This document shows, one piece after another, positions 39,388 to 52,400 of a DNA stretch of 64,000 bases. Both the position numbers and the translations under genes were made by a program. The notes below the pieces were generated by a model that worked only from the letters and a program-made list of their open reading frames with translations, was not told the origin of the DNA and searched no databases. How positions within the stretch are numbered: the stretch's first letter is position 1; every line of letters begins with the position of its first letter. The stretch spans positions 1-64,000 of the forward strand of contig NW_026855015.1 of assembly GCF_026571515.1 (NCBI RefSeq), in the 5' to 3' direction. The DNA comes from Ruditapes philippinarum (lineage: Eukaryota).

Positions 39388-41695
39388 ACATGCAGGTTTT
39401 GGACGAATGCTGTTATCGCAGCAAAACTCAATATTCCTGTAGTACCCATTAAACATTAACTCAACAATAACTTAATAAAACATTCATCTGATTCTAAGAT
39501 TTCGTTTTTATTCTATTTATGTGATCTTTGATTTCATTGCTCTTGACGTTTTTTTCAGTTTCTTCCCCAAACCTTTGCCCATCCAAGTTGGGTATCACAC
39601 AAGGTGCCTTTCTAGTGGTTCTTTGCGGATTTGTATTGCGTTGGATGCTATGGGATTGCTGCTTTTTTGTTGACCAAACTCTTACATTTTATGCTAAGCT
39701 ACGGGAAGCTCAAATGCTTAACCATCTGTAACCACATTTTCTTTCAATCATCTCTGTCTCATTATTATTTTCTTTGTTTTTTTTCTTCATTACTGTGGAG
39801 GAATCTTTCTGCTAAACTTATATATTTTTCGACACAATGGTAGAAGCCGGTGTCGAGTGTTACAGGTTCGACTGTATGTCAAATTAATAATTTAACGATG
39901 TGATAATATAGAGAAACATGAATCATTTTACATTGTGAGAGAAACTGTGTAAGCCAAATTCAAGATATGTAACATAACTATAAAGAAATTCTCTACTTGC
40001 AAGAATTTTTAAATTAGTATTGTAAGACATGTAAGCTTGTTATTGTTTCTGAAATATTCTATTTTTAGAATCATTATTTATTTATTAAATAATTACTTAT
40101 TGAAACTTTTAGCATGTAAGTACTATATACACAATAATCCTATTCAAATAAGGACAGTAAAGTAATTATATTGTTTTCAGCATTCTAATAATAAACATTG
40201 TATAATATTGGATTATTTCTTAATTCCAAGATTAACATGTCTGTTACTCCACATTTTTGTAGTATCCATATGTTTTGATGTTATAATCAGTAATGGTTAG
40301 TGAAACATGCTCTAATCAATTTATTTTTGTCAAAATAATAATTCCTAAAACTTTCCCAAAATGTTCGTGGAGGCTGCCATCTTTGTTTTAGGTACCTGCG
40401 TACCCATATCTGTAGTTTGTTTTGAAATGAGGCATATTTGACTTTATTGTGTAACATGTATTTTGTATAATGTGATTATAATGTTTGCTTCTCAAATTGT
40501 TCAAGAGATTTACTGTAATAGTTTATTTTTGTAAAACAAGACCGCACTATTTGTTCGGTCATTCGCGTAGTAAAGTTAGGTTGTGGAATCACCCTAATTC
40601 TCTTTAAATTGTAATAATCCTGCCAAATTACCATAAGTATTTAATTGAAATGCATTTAATAGTATAAGTGTTATTTCTCAACATAATGATTACTTACAAC
40701 TTTATATGTTTACTTTGTATTTTGTAATTATGATCTGTTGAGCTGTTTACTCATTTTAGGATGGGAATTCCTAACCGATTCTGATTGGCTTAGATAAATC
40801 CTAAGTGCAATCTGATTGGTCGGGAATCCTTTCCTAAATTCCTAAACGACTCAAAGGTTATAAATAGAGCGACAGTCCTCATTTTGGAACAACAACGCCC
40901 ACTAAAGTTGCTAGGGCGCGATAATTTAAAATTGAGCAGAAAGCATCAAAACAGAATTTTAGTAAGTTTCTATTTAGGAAAGACTCCTCAATCACATTGG
41001 AATATGTATTAAACATTTACTAAGCAACTTTCCCCGAATGAGAGCTGACGTACTTCATGTTATAACTTTTAATCCTAAATTAAACGATTAAACCAAAAAA
41101 TCCAAACTTGATTAAAGCGTTGTCAACTTTTATTTTAGGAAATCCTAAAATCACTTAACATAGCGCCTTATGAAATGATACTGAAAACTATTTCTGTATA
41201 TTGATAATAAGATATATTAAATATTAGTATATATATGTAGTTTATGTATACAGAACTGATGCATACTGTATTAAACCAAAGTATTGAAACTTGATGAAAG
41301 CGTTGTATTATTTTCGGAAATCCTAAAGAAAAGAATCCACTAATATAACATTGAAACCCGGTGCTGTATCTAAGTTAGCATATATGTTTATACAGTAGAA
41401 CTTGTGGCGTATTTTTGAAACAGCTATCCTGACACTGCGGCAAAAGTACGTTACAGTATTAATTTGATAAAACGCATATGATTTGTTAATGTAGTGGCAT
41501 TTAATTTAATCGGGGAAAATAGGCTTGGTTTTGTCGGGTTTGTTAATGGGCAAAATGTAAGCACCGGCTTTAAAATCACATAAATATGGAAATGGCTGTT
41601 AATGAAGAATTTAAGAAATATCCATTTAGAAACATCCGTGCGAAAATGATTGACTGTGACATTTTCATGCCATTAAATAAAATTAATTATATTTA

Positions 41696-41775
41696 TGAGT
41701 AGCGGTCAGTGTCTTCTATTTACTACGTGAGTAGCGGTCTGTGTCTTCTATTTACTATGTGAGTAGCGTTCAGTA
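41696..41775. repeat. 32-bp tandem repeat, about 2.5 copies
   Basis: TGAGTAGCGGTCAGTGTCTTCTATTTACTACG at 41696, 41728 and 41760. Confidence 0.8.
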
Positions 41776-42059
41776 TGTTAATACGTGGAGACGTCATCCT
41801 CGTGTAGCAGCCCTGCAAAGATAAATCAGGCAATATATATACTTTTATTATATACTATGACAATATTGAGAAAAATTGATGAAATAAAATGCGTATTTTC
41901 ATTGTCCGTATTTTCACTGTTAAAATTTATGTTTTACTGCAGTGAAACATATTTTCCATTTTTTCACTGGTGACTTGCCGGACTACTTTCTTCTAAATTC
42001 AGCCAATACACAAAATTTATGGGGAAGTCTTTCAGATTGTAATGTCAAAAAAGAGAATC

Positions 42060-42435
42060 AAAGGGCTGCAAGCTCTGTGGTATTTTCTGATCTTTGCAAT
42101 CTAAATCGCACTGTATATCTGTATTATTTTCCTGTATAAGTTTATTTTTATGTACTATAATTCTTCTTGCAGGGCACCAGAGTTTGATACATACGGAATT
42201 TTGCATGACTAGAGTTGCATCAAAATATCATTTATGTTCATTTTTATGACAGCCACACTTATCCTAGCATAACGTGGCTACTTCCTTAACAAAGAAACTT
42301 TTAAAAAAAATATAAAAATAGTTGCCTTACATGGGATTTGAACCCCAGACCTTTAACACTCTAAACGAGCGCGTTACCCCTGCACCACGGAGAAGTTATA
42401 TACGAAGAGCATGAATAAAATCAAGTAATACTAAA
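42060..42435 (-). mobile_element. about 370-bp dispersed element with internal tRNA-like cassette, copy 1
   Basis: Direct repeat of 44925-45330, starting AAGGGCTGCAAGCTCTGTGGTATTTTCTGATC. The tRNA-like part is at 42324-42393 on the minus strand. Confidence 0.8.
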
Positions 42436-42439
42436 TCAA

Positions 42440-42850
42440 AGTGAGGTTTTCTTTTGTCCTTCGATGCGAGGTTATCTTTTGTCCATCGATGTGGGGTTAT
42501 CTTTTGTCCATCGATGTGAAGTAATCTTTTGTCCATCGATGCGAGGTTATCTTTTGTCCATCGATGTGAAGTAATCTTTTGTCCAACGATGTGGGGTTAT
42601 CTTTTGTCCATCGATGTTGGGTTATCTTTTGTCCATCGATGTGGGGTTATCTTTTGTCCATCGATGTGAAGTAATCTTTTGTCCATCGATGTGGGGTTAT
42701 CTTTTGTCTATCATTGTGAGGTTATCTTTTGTCTATCATTGTGAAGTAATCTTTTGTCCATCATGTGATGTAATCTTTTGTCCATCAATGTCAGGTAATC
42801 TTTTGTCCATCAATGTGAAGTAATTTTTTGTCCATCATGTGGTGGTATAT
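42440..42850. repeat. 25-bp minisatellite, about 16 copies
   Basis: Unit GTCCATCGATGTGGGGTTATCTTTT, with an alternating GTGAAGTAATC variant. Confidence 0.92.
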
Positions 42851-43259
42851 TTTTTCTATTTCGGTTTAAAAGGTGGTGACTACCGGTTAAAATGTAAACA
42901 AAAACAATGTTGTTTTTGGCTAAAGGCTTTCACGATTTTTTATAGCGATGTAAATGTTAAATTCGTATAATTGAGTTACTGTTGCATTCATGAAGGATAT
43001 GGAATTTTATTAAAATATGTAAGTTTGAATTTGAATGTTGCAATATAAAGAGGTTATCTTGAACTTTTTAGAAATTGAATGTGTGGAGAGACTTTTTGTG
43101 AGCAAATTGTGAGCGCAAAAATAGCCTGAGGGTCTACCGTCCCTGACAAAATTTGCGGTCACGCCGCATGACTGAGCCGCTATTGGCTTTAATATGCTTT
43201 TGTTGAACAGTGTGATATTAATATATTTATCGAAGATTTATGTTGAAATTAATTTATGT

Positions 43260-43905
43260 ATCATGATGAGCTCAAATGAAAGCAAGAAACGCTCTTCAAT
43301 CTGGCTAGTGAAATTAGATACCCAGTGACCAATATTGACAATCAACCGTGTTTACCCAGTTTTACTAAGTTCCTTAGTGCAATGACTAAGAGAGTAGAAA
43401 CATGACGTCCATACACAAGCTCAGACAATTGAAAAAACTAGAACAAAAGATTAATTATAAATGAACTCAAAGAAAAGAATTCAGTTCACTATACGAAAGA
43501 ATTAAAAAAAGATTGAATTTTTGCTGTGAAAATGAAACGAGTCCGAACATACAGTCGCAGAAATACGGTGTTCGAATCTTTTGGCATTACGGCGATTGCA
43601 AAAATAAAGACACAATAAAAAAGCAAATCAGATCTTGTTCTGCAGAATGCAGATATTGACATCAGCCCAAGGACTTGGAAATACAAAGTCGGCAAGCATA
43701 GGACAAAATTATAGTTAAATTGTAAGACGGGGGCCAAAAACAAAAGTCGAACTTTTCAACAGGTCAAAACACCTGAAAGAAATAAGAATTTATGTCAACG
43801 AAGATTTGACGAAAATGAACGCGGACATGTTGGCATCCTGTCGTGTAAAAGACAAGTCAAATGTTGAAAAAGCGTGGTCTTTTGAAGGAAACATTTACGT
43901 GAATT
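43260..43905 (+). pseudogene. decayed LINE (CR1/Crack/L2-type) ORF1 relic
   Basis: Frameshifted pieces read YSRRN..RIFGI, DIDIS..LG, YVNEDLTKMN and KAWSFEGNIYV, typical of invertebrate LINE ORF1 RRM/C-terminal domains. Confidence 0.6.
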
Positions 43906-44439
43906 GCAATTAAAAAACTACCGCTATTGGTTACATCTTCCGTGGCCGGAAAAGGATAAAACACATGCTCAGGATTTAAGCAAAAGCCAAGGATATACTC
44001 AACTACATCTAAACAGCCATATAGTTTCTAGAATGCCTCAAACAACAATCCAGACCCTACGCAGTATTCAAAAACCAGGACTGTCTTATGCAGTCGCGGC
44101 CAAAAGACCTATCACTATTTTTTAAAAAGAAAAAAACATATTGTGTTCACAAACAAGTGAATCGTTACGTGATTAAGTTAATTCCCTTTGACCGATTTCT
44201 TCATCCTGTAATGCAGAATGTGCTATATAAACAATAAACTAAAAATGATGACAACGACGAAGATCTTGTTTCTTATAACGTATAAAAAATACTAAAGTTA
44301 TCTTGTTTTTTTCTGTAAATACAGGGACTGGTTATCGTCCTATGGTGTAGAATATTATCTTATTTCAGCCGTGGCTACCGACGCTGATGATAACTTGATA
44401 TTGTTAATATTGTTTTTATTTCTTTCTTTTCTTTCCTTT

Positions 44440-44860
44440 TTGACATCTGTCAAGTAGCTTTTTAAAACCTGTCACTTTTGTTTATACATACTATCTTTTT
44501 CACCTGTCGAGTAAATTGTCATTTGGTGTCACATGTCAAGTATCTTTGACAATCAAATTGTATGTTGTTTAGACATATTATCATTGTGTCACTTGTCTAG
44601 TAGCTTTTTAAACGACCACCAATGTTGTTTATACATGTACATTAAATCATTGTGTCACCTATCGAGTAGCTTTTAAAAGACCATCGGTGTTGTTTATACA
44701 TATAATCATTGTGTCACATATCGAGTAGCTTTTAAAAGACCATCGGTGTTGTTTATACATATAATCATTGTGTGACCTATCGAGTAGCTGTTTAAATGAT
44801 TATCAATGTTTGTTTATACATACAATCAATCATTGTATGAATTGTCAAGTAGCTTTCTAA
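44440..44860. repeat. about 59-bp tandem repeat, about 7 copies
   Basis: Unit ATCATTGTGTCACATATCGAGTAGCTTTTAAAAGACCATCGGTGTTGTTTATACATATA, with edge copies more degenerate. Confidence 0.85.
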
Positions 44861-44924
44861 AAGAGATGGAAATTACAGATTGTAAATGATGCAAATACTT
44901 TTTGATTTGTTACATTTTTAAATG

Positions 44925-45330
44925 AAAGGGCTGCAAGCTCTGTGGTATTTTCTGATCTTTGCAATCTGAATCGTACTGTATATCTGTATGTATTTTCCTG
45001 TATAAGTTTATTTTTATATACTATAATTCACCTTGCATGGCACCGAGATGCAGCGACTGCGTTTGGATTTTTTTACTTTAACAGTTTGAGTTTGATACAT
45101 ACGGAATTATGCATGACTAGAGTTTCATCAACATTCATTTATGTTCATTGTTTTTGACAGCCGCACTTTATCCTTTTATCCTTGCATATCGTGGCTACTT
45201 CCTTAATAAAAAAAAGTTGCCTCGACTGGGATTTGAACCCCAGACCTCTCACACCCGAAACGAGCGCGTTACCCTTGCACCACGGAAATGTTTAACGGAA
45301 ACAGCCTGAATAAAATAAAATAATTCTAAT
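44925..45330 (-). mobile_element. about 400-bp dispersed element with internal tRNA-Pro-like cassette, copy 2
   Basis: Direct repeat of 42060-42435. Confidence 0.8.
45219..45289 (-). pseudogene. tRNA-Pro(CGG)-like pseudogene
   Basis: Minus strand TGGTGCAAGGGTAACGCGCTCGTTTCGGGTGTGAGAGGTCTGGGGTTCAAATCCCAG: A and B boxes, a CGG anticodon loop and a following T-run. The acceptor stem pairs poorly. Confidence 0.65.
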
Positions 45331-46426
45331 TTTAGAATATCTATTCCCACAGATATATAAATCTTATATTTACCTCCATGGTAATCCTTATTAATTTGGA
45401 GGTATTTTCTTCACGATATACCTGCTGTCTAAAATTGATGTAAATAATTTAGCGAAAATCTTCTCCCTAAAACAGTCTTACATGTATATATTCCACTACT
45501 CGACAGTGTAATACGCTCTGAGGTATTCGGTAATCGACATCGCTAAAAATAGCATTTTCATATTCATCCGCGTAATTTGTGAATTGACAATTCTATAAGC
45601 CAACGCTTCTTTTAAACTTTGAATGCGTTGTAATTTGTTTGATACTTGTAACAAAATAAAAATATTTCTTTCTTTAACATCGCTAGTTTTGAGCTGTTTT
45701 GAGAACTACTTAATGTTAGGTTTGTCGTGAAAATTCTGTTTCAGAGATTGAATGTCAGCATTGAATTTTCTGATCTGCGATCAGAAAATACAAAAATGTA
45801 TATAATAAACAGAAAATTCAAGTTCAAGTTGTTTAATAGTTATTAAATACAGGATTTGTTTTCATATTGTGGTATAAAAAATATCATATTTCACTCGTTG
45901 CTACCTCCACTCATGAAATATTTATTTTCATTCCACTCGACGAAAATAAATCCTGTATTTACAACAACAAAAAACTTGAATATCATCTATGTGCTGTACA
46001 TTAGGCATTAAGGCATATAAAAATATGTGTTTTTTTTATATTGTTTAATGTTTGCGATTTGTTTAAATATTTACTTCAACAGTTTCAAGCGTGGTTTTCG
46101 AATATCAGGTAATTCAGCCATTTCATAACTCATTTTTTACTTTCCATATATACTTGTAAAAATATTTATATAGTATGAATACTGTATATAACATTACCAG
46201 GGGTCCAGTAGAAAGCAGTGAAAGAATATGTTTAAATTATTTAAAGATGTTGTGTTCTTATCAACAATAAATAGTTGATGTGGATTCTCATTAAATTTTG
46301 CCTATAGTGGAACACCGCATATGGCTCATCACTGTACATAAGATTCGTTTTATATGAAACAATAATACGAGAGTGTTTCAAGAATTCTAGTTCTCTATCA
46401 ATAGTAAGGTCTAATTCAGCATAGAA

Positions 46427-49400
46427 TTAGTGAAAGATATCTTGTTAAATGTAAACTTTAAAAAATGAAATAAAGAACAAAGGAGAGCATCGCAAAAAAA
46501 AACTCACTATCCCAACCCACGATCCACACACGCAAAATCAGACCACTCGCACGCACATGCACACACGCGCACGCACACACTTGAATGGTACCTTGTCGGG
46601 CACCGCATAAAGTATCAAGGAGGAATAGTGCACATGGGGCAGGACAAGAAAATGATAACAAAAACCTCAAACCGCAACAAACTCAACAGTGGAAAAAAGA
46701 TCAAATGTGTGCAGAGCATATATGTATGATGCAAAAGGGAGGCAGGGAGGGTAGTTGAGAAGGAGGGCTACAAAAGTTAAAAAGAGACCAAATTCATAAT
46801 TTCTTTTCAGATTTTCAGAAGAAACGTTGATACCTGCGAAACAAGCTGTGAGATAACTCGCTACTGTACCCACGATCATTGCTCGAAATATATGCTGAGT
46901 TATCTCTCCTAACCTCTCTGGTAACATAACACCATATGTCCCTAGAATCAAACCCATGATTGCAAACGAGGCTGATCCACACAACGCGTATGTAGCAATT
47001 ATTTCTGATCTGTGCTATAGAAGAGAATTGCACAAAAAAGAAAATGTCACGTTCACATATAAGTTATGAGAAGTTTTGACTATGTTGGCTATCATACAAA
47101 AGAAGTCTATTTTATGTTTTTAAATAATGTAACCTTTGGTTAACAAAACTATTTATAGATTATTTATTGTTGATTTATTCATATGGATAGACTAACTACA
47201 AAACTGTCATTTTAAAAATGTGTTTTTGTTTCAAAATCATTTTTAAAAACAATAGCACCAATTTGCTTCGTTTTAATAGGTATATACATATCTATAAAAT
47301 AAATACAAAGTTCCGTTTTGGTGGGAAAATATCTTACATCAATAATGCCACCGACTAACGTCTGGTTCAGTTTGTCCAGTACAATATCATTTCCAACAAC
47401 TGTCCAAGTGTTGTTTACACCGCCGGCAATATATTCCCGATATTTTATACCATTCTGAAAATATATATCACATTACGTTATACATGTGTACTCAAAACAT
47501 TTTATCATATTCTGTACTTAAATTACATACACGTAGGAAAACGTTTTAAGATTTTTTTACAAAAGATTCTGAATAAAGATTCGACCACACTTAAACATAT
47601 CCAAATATAATGTTACCATCCGATCTTTTGATGCTGGAAAAAAGATTACCTAGATAATAACATATCAATGAATTTGTAATAACTAAAGTATGAATAACAA
47701 GATCAACCAAGAAGGGGGGCATTCAATAATCACATTTTCCAACACAACCCAGCAACACAAGACCATCGGCGAGTAGCCCAGTCGCACATAAACAAAAACA
47801 GGAAAACACAACGACCAATTGCGAGTATACTTCTTGCGGAGGGATGCAATTGTTGAGATGATGATGATGATGAAGTTACACTGATATAAAATCACGGCAT
47901 ACAATGTATATTGATATAAAACAACGATGTTTACCTGAATAATTGGACCTAATTTAGGAAATGCCACAATAGCAAGACTAATTGTCCTCACACCCAATAG
48001 TTCCCCGATAAATAAACAATCAGCTGACTTTGCTCCCATCATAAACGCAAACGGATAAAACATATACGAAAACAAGAACTGCAATAGAAATAGTCTGTTG
48101 AGCTTATCCATTTGTCTCATAATCATGTGAACCGTTTCAGCCTAACGGAAACAATAAGAATGAAAGTTCCCCAATTGAGGACAGCAAAGAAGTGACTTCT
48201 CAACTGAAATTACAATTATAATGGATTTCCATCAGAATGGTTTACTATAATGGTAAGTCAACCTATTATATTGGTTTTTTTCTGTACCAGAGAATATTGT
48301 GAGCAACTCTTTTTTTCTTAGAAATAAAAATTGCTTTATTTTACTGTCTTATTTTCTAAAGTTATGGTTTTTCTTGCGCCCGATAATTTACTTAAATATG
48401 GACTGATTTCTTTTATTCTTTTACAAACTGTTTTATCATGACTGTCCTTTATATATATGTATTGCTTTTCATGCGCACCTCAAGCGTCATGTTTTCTACG
48501 CCTATTCTTTCACCAAACCAAACAGACGTGCTGTTAAGAAAGGCCATGATAATGACAAAAGCCAGAACGAAAGCAACCAGCTGAACAACGATCGTAGTGC
48601 TCTGACGTATTCCAATGATGATGGACTCCATCAATGATGTCGCTCGTCTGAAAATAAACGTTTTATTATCACAAGAAAGAATAAGAAATAAATGACAAAT
48701 CTGATAGGTATTTCCTATAAGTCTTTATTAAATCATATGATTTACAACTCGGGTACAACTCCTTTATCCCGCTCAACACACTAACAATTAATGTGGTAAT
48801 ATATACAACAATTCATATTGCTCAGTGTTTCGTTGTTTATTTTATACATTGGAACACTTGTCTCTCACCGATGTAGGTTCGAGTACGCAAGCGTGAGAAA
48901 TCAATTCAGCTAGCTTACGGAGCGTCGTTGATTCTACTCGGGTGCCCGTTTGTGCCTGAAATAATGTACTGAGGGACACCTGAGGCCTTCCTCCACCAGT
49001 AAAGCTGAAAAGTCGCCTATACTGTAAAACCCAATCAGAAAAAAAAATATTATATCGGGTTCAGCATTGGTTTTAGCCGAATTTATGGAACGCCGTGACT
49101 GTCTTATGCTATCAATATTTTTGCTATCTTGTGAAATTATGATATTATTTTGTCATTTAAGCATATTAACATGTGCAATTTACATCATATCTTGTCTAAA
49201 GACAATGCTGACTTGTTCAAACAGCATGTTAACTTGTCAAATAATCATTATGACATGTGCAGACAACATGTTAACTTGTCAAAGTATCATGATGACTTGT
49301 GCAAACGACATGTTAACTTGTCAAAATTTCATGATGACATGTGCAAACAGCATGTTAACTTGTCGAATTATCAAGTTATCATTATACTTGGACAAGTTAA

Positions 49401-52400
49401 CATGTCGTTTGCACAAGTCATCATGATACTTGGACAAGTTAACTTGCTGTATGCACATGTCATAACGATAATTCGACAAGTTAACATGCTGTTTACACAT
49501 GTCATCATGGAATTTTGACATGTTAGCATGGCATTTGCACAAGTTATCATAATACTTTGACAAGTTAACAGTACGTTTTGACATGTCAGCATGATACAAG
49601 ATAACATGTCATTTGCACAAGTCATCACGATTCTTTGACAAGTTCACATGTTGTCTTCACAAGTCATCATGGTTATTTGACATGATAACATGCTGTTTGC
49701 ACAAGTCATCATGATACTTTGACAAGTTAATATGTCATTTGCACATGTCATCACGATAATTCGACAAGTTAACATGTCGTTTGCACAAGTCATCATTATA
49801 CTTTGACAAGTTAACATGTCGTTTGCACAAGTCATCATTATACTTTGACAAGTTAACACGGCGTTTGCACAAGTCATCATGACACTTTGACAAGTTACCA
49901 TGTCATTTGCACAAGTCACCATTATACTTTGACAAGTTACCATGTCATTTGCACAAGTCATCATTATACTTTGACAAGTTAGCATGTTGTCTGCACATGT
50001 CATCATAATAATTTGACAAGTTAACATGCTGTTTGTACATGTAAGCTTGTTTCTTTGACGAGACATGATGTAAATTGCACATGTTAACATGCTCAACGAC
50101 AAAATAATATCATCGTTCCACAAGATAACATCATTGATGACATAAGACAGTCACGGCGTTCCATATGAATTCGTGACTATAAAGTCGTTAATATTTTATA
50201 TACTCTATATATCTCACAATAAGCTATACATGTAAAAGATCCTTACATTATTTAATATAGCCAATTTCATAGCAATTAATATACAACATTAAAACAAATT
50301 AAAACAAATTTTTATTCAACGTTATTATTTGCTTGAAAATATGCTTGAGTACATGTTTGAAACTATGCAAAAGCGGGCTACGTCAAGGTTCCGAAGTAAA
50401 AATATGTTTTTATGGTGTGAAACTCATCGCGCACACGCTTGAAACTATGCAAAATATTTTAGACAGGGTTAATGGATTTTAATTATTTTTGTATGCAGGA
50501 CAAGAGGAATGCATCTGTTTAAACTTGCAGTAACGATTGTTTCATACCTACCTTGAGGAGAAAGCACTTGTGTTTATTTTAACATCATCAGCAGTCTGTA
50601 TTGATACTTCTTCCCCGTTGTGAGAAGGAAAGCAGAGCTTACACGCAGCCAAAGCCGCCGGTGCCGACATCGCTGAGGCGGCAATCAAAGGAGCTGCCGG
50701 AATCTGATTGTGGCGAATAAAAAGTTGAGACTTTATACAAAGGTATAGCACACTATATCCAACTATTAAATAAAACACACAACTGATACATGATATGTAA
50801 CAGAAAAGTGTCTGAGGCCGCCATTTTAATATGAAAATAAAGTATTACCTGTACAACACCGATATTAAAGCCAGTTTTGCAGCAATCATATATTGTTCAA
50901 CATTTAAATCTTAACCGCTATAAACAAAGACATCCTTATGTCTTAATATATTGCCGAATGTGTCTACAGTCGATAAAGATACTGTTTATTTAACTTCAAT
51001 AGACAGACGAGCTAATATGTAACATCAAAGATAATGAGAATATACAAGTACTATGCATAAATACAAAATCAATCCAGCCAAAAATGTGACATTAAAATCA
51101 TATTTGCCAAGCAGTTGCAAATGTGATATAGGTTTATAAATACCCCCGATGCCATGAATACAACCAAAGACGTGCCACCAACAGTTGATAAGGCTCCAGC
51201 ATATGTCGCAAACAATTGAGATGGCGTCATTTCATGCAGATACTCTTGTACAAGCATTGCAGATTCAGGCTAAAACATTAATTCAACATTTTTTTTTGAA
51301 TCGGAATATAAAGGTAGCTTTCCACTTTATTAAGGCTATCCTAGAATGTTCTAAACTTCTATATTATTTACGCCAAAACAGGTGGTTTTTCATCTTTTAT
51401 TTGTTGATCTTTTTTACATTAAAAATTATAAATGCATCATTTGTATAATTGCTTATATATCATTTGTCATAAAGATTTTCGCAAAGTTTTACACCTTGTA
51501 TAAGCGGTTAGTGTTAACGGCGAAATAACAATGAAAACTTTACCTGTCAAAAGCTTTACAAAATCTTATTATTCCTTTCTTAACAAACTATGCATACATT
51601 TTTGGTAGTTGTCCATATAGATTTTATAAAAACTATCATTGTCCAGTAAAAATTGACATTATAAACTTGCAAATAATATTGAATCATTTTTTAGATAACT
51701 CAAGCAGCTTATATGGATGCATTTACGAAGAGAGAAAAAAAAACGGCAATAACATATTGAAGGCTTGATTGGATTGACAGCAGTAAATGCAAGCTGCGTT
51801 TAGCACCCACTTAAGCAGAATTCACAATTTAAACATCTTTAACTATCCGTTTTGCATAAGTTTTAAACATCATACCACATGCAAGAAAATATTTCCAACG
51901 GCATTAATCCCCTCGGCAGGACTTGTTCCAAGACAATATGCCAGGGCACGTCCAACAGTGTCTACAATCGCCTTGATAACACCGAGGAATGTCAGCACGG
52001 ATATTGCGATGATGACCACAAAAATTTGGGCTGTAGCCTTATATAGAATGATAAAAAATTATAAGTATATATACATACTTGTTTTTTCTCTTATATTTTA
52101 CAACCAATTTGTTGAAGAAAACTATTTTTAGTCATAACATTGTCACTGCTTATATCATTTGTGAAGGTAAATATGGCTGTTGCTAAATTTTGTTTTCTTT
52201 TCTTTTTTCCCCCATTTGAGGGACGCAAGCACTCGTACTTACTTACTGAATTTTTTTATATTTGAATTAAATGATTATAAATTTCATATTGCAAACGAAT
52301 TTATTTTAATAAGTCGTATCTGCATTTATAAGTTATTTTTTTTTTATAAAAATAGAAAATGTATATTGAGATAAGAAATACAGTGTAGATGCATAAAAAG

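Noticed and set aside
42324-42393. functional tRNA gene
   Set aside because: The anticodon and acceptor stems are broken, and it is part of a dispersed repeat. The 45219 copy also has a defective acceptor stem.
49067-50123. Cys/Met-rich repetitive ORFs (MLTCQSIMMTCAND)n that look like metallothionein or antifreeze proteins
   Set aside because: They are by-products of a 42-bp (14-codon) repeat inside a TIR element in an SLC28 intron, and are open in several frames on both strands.
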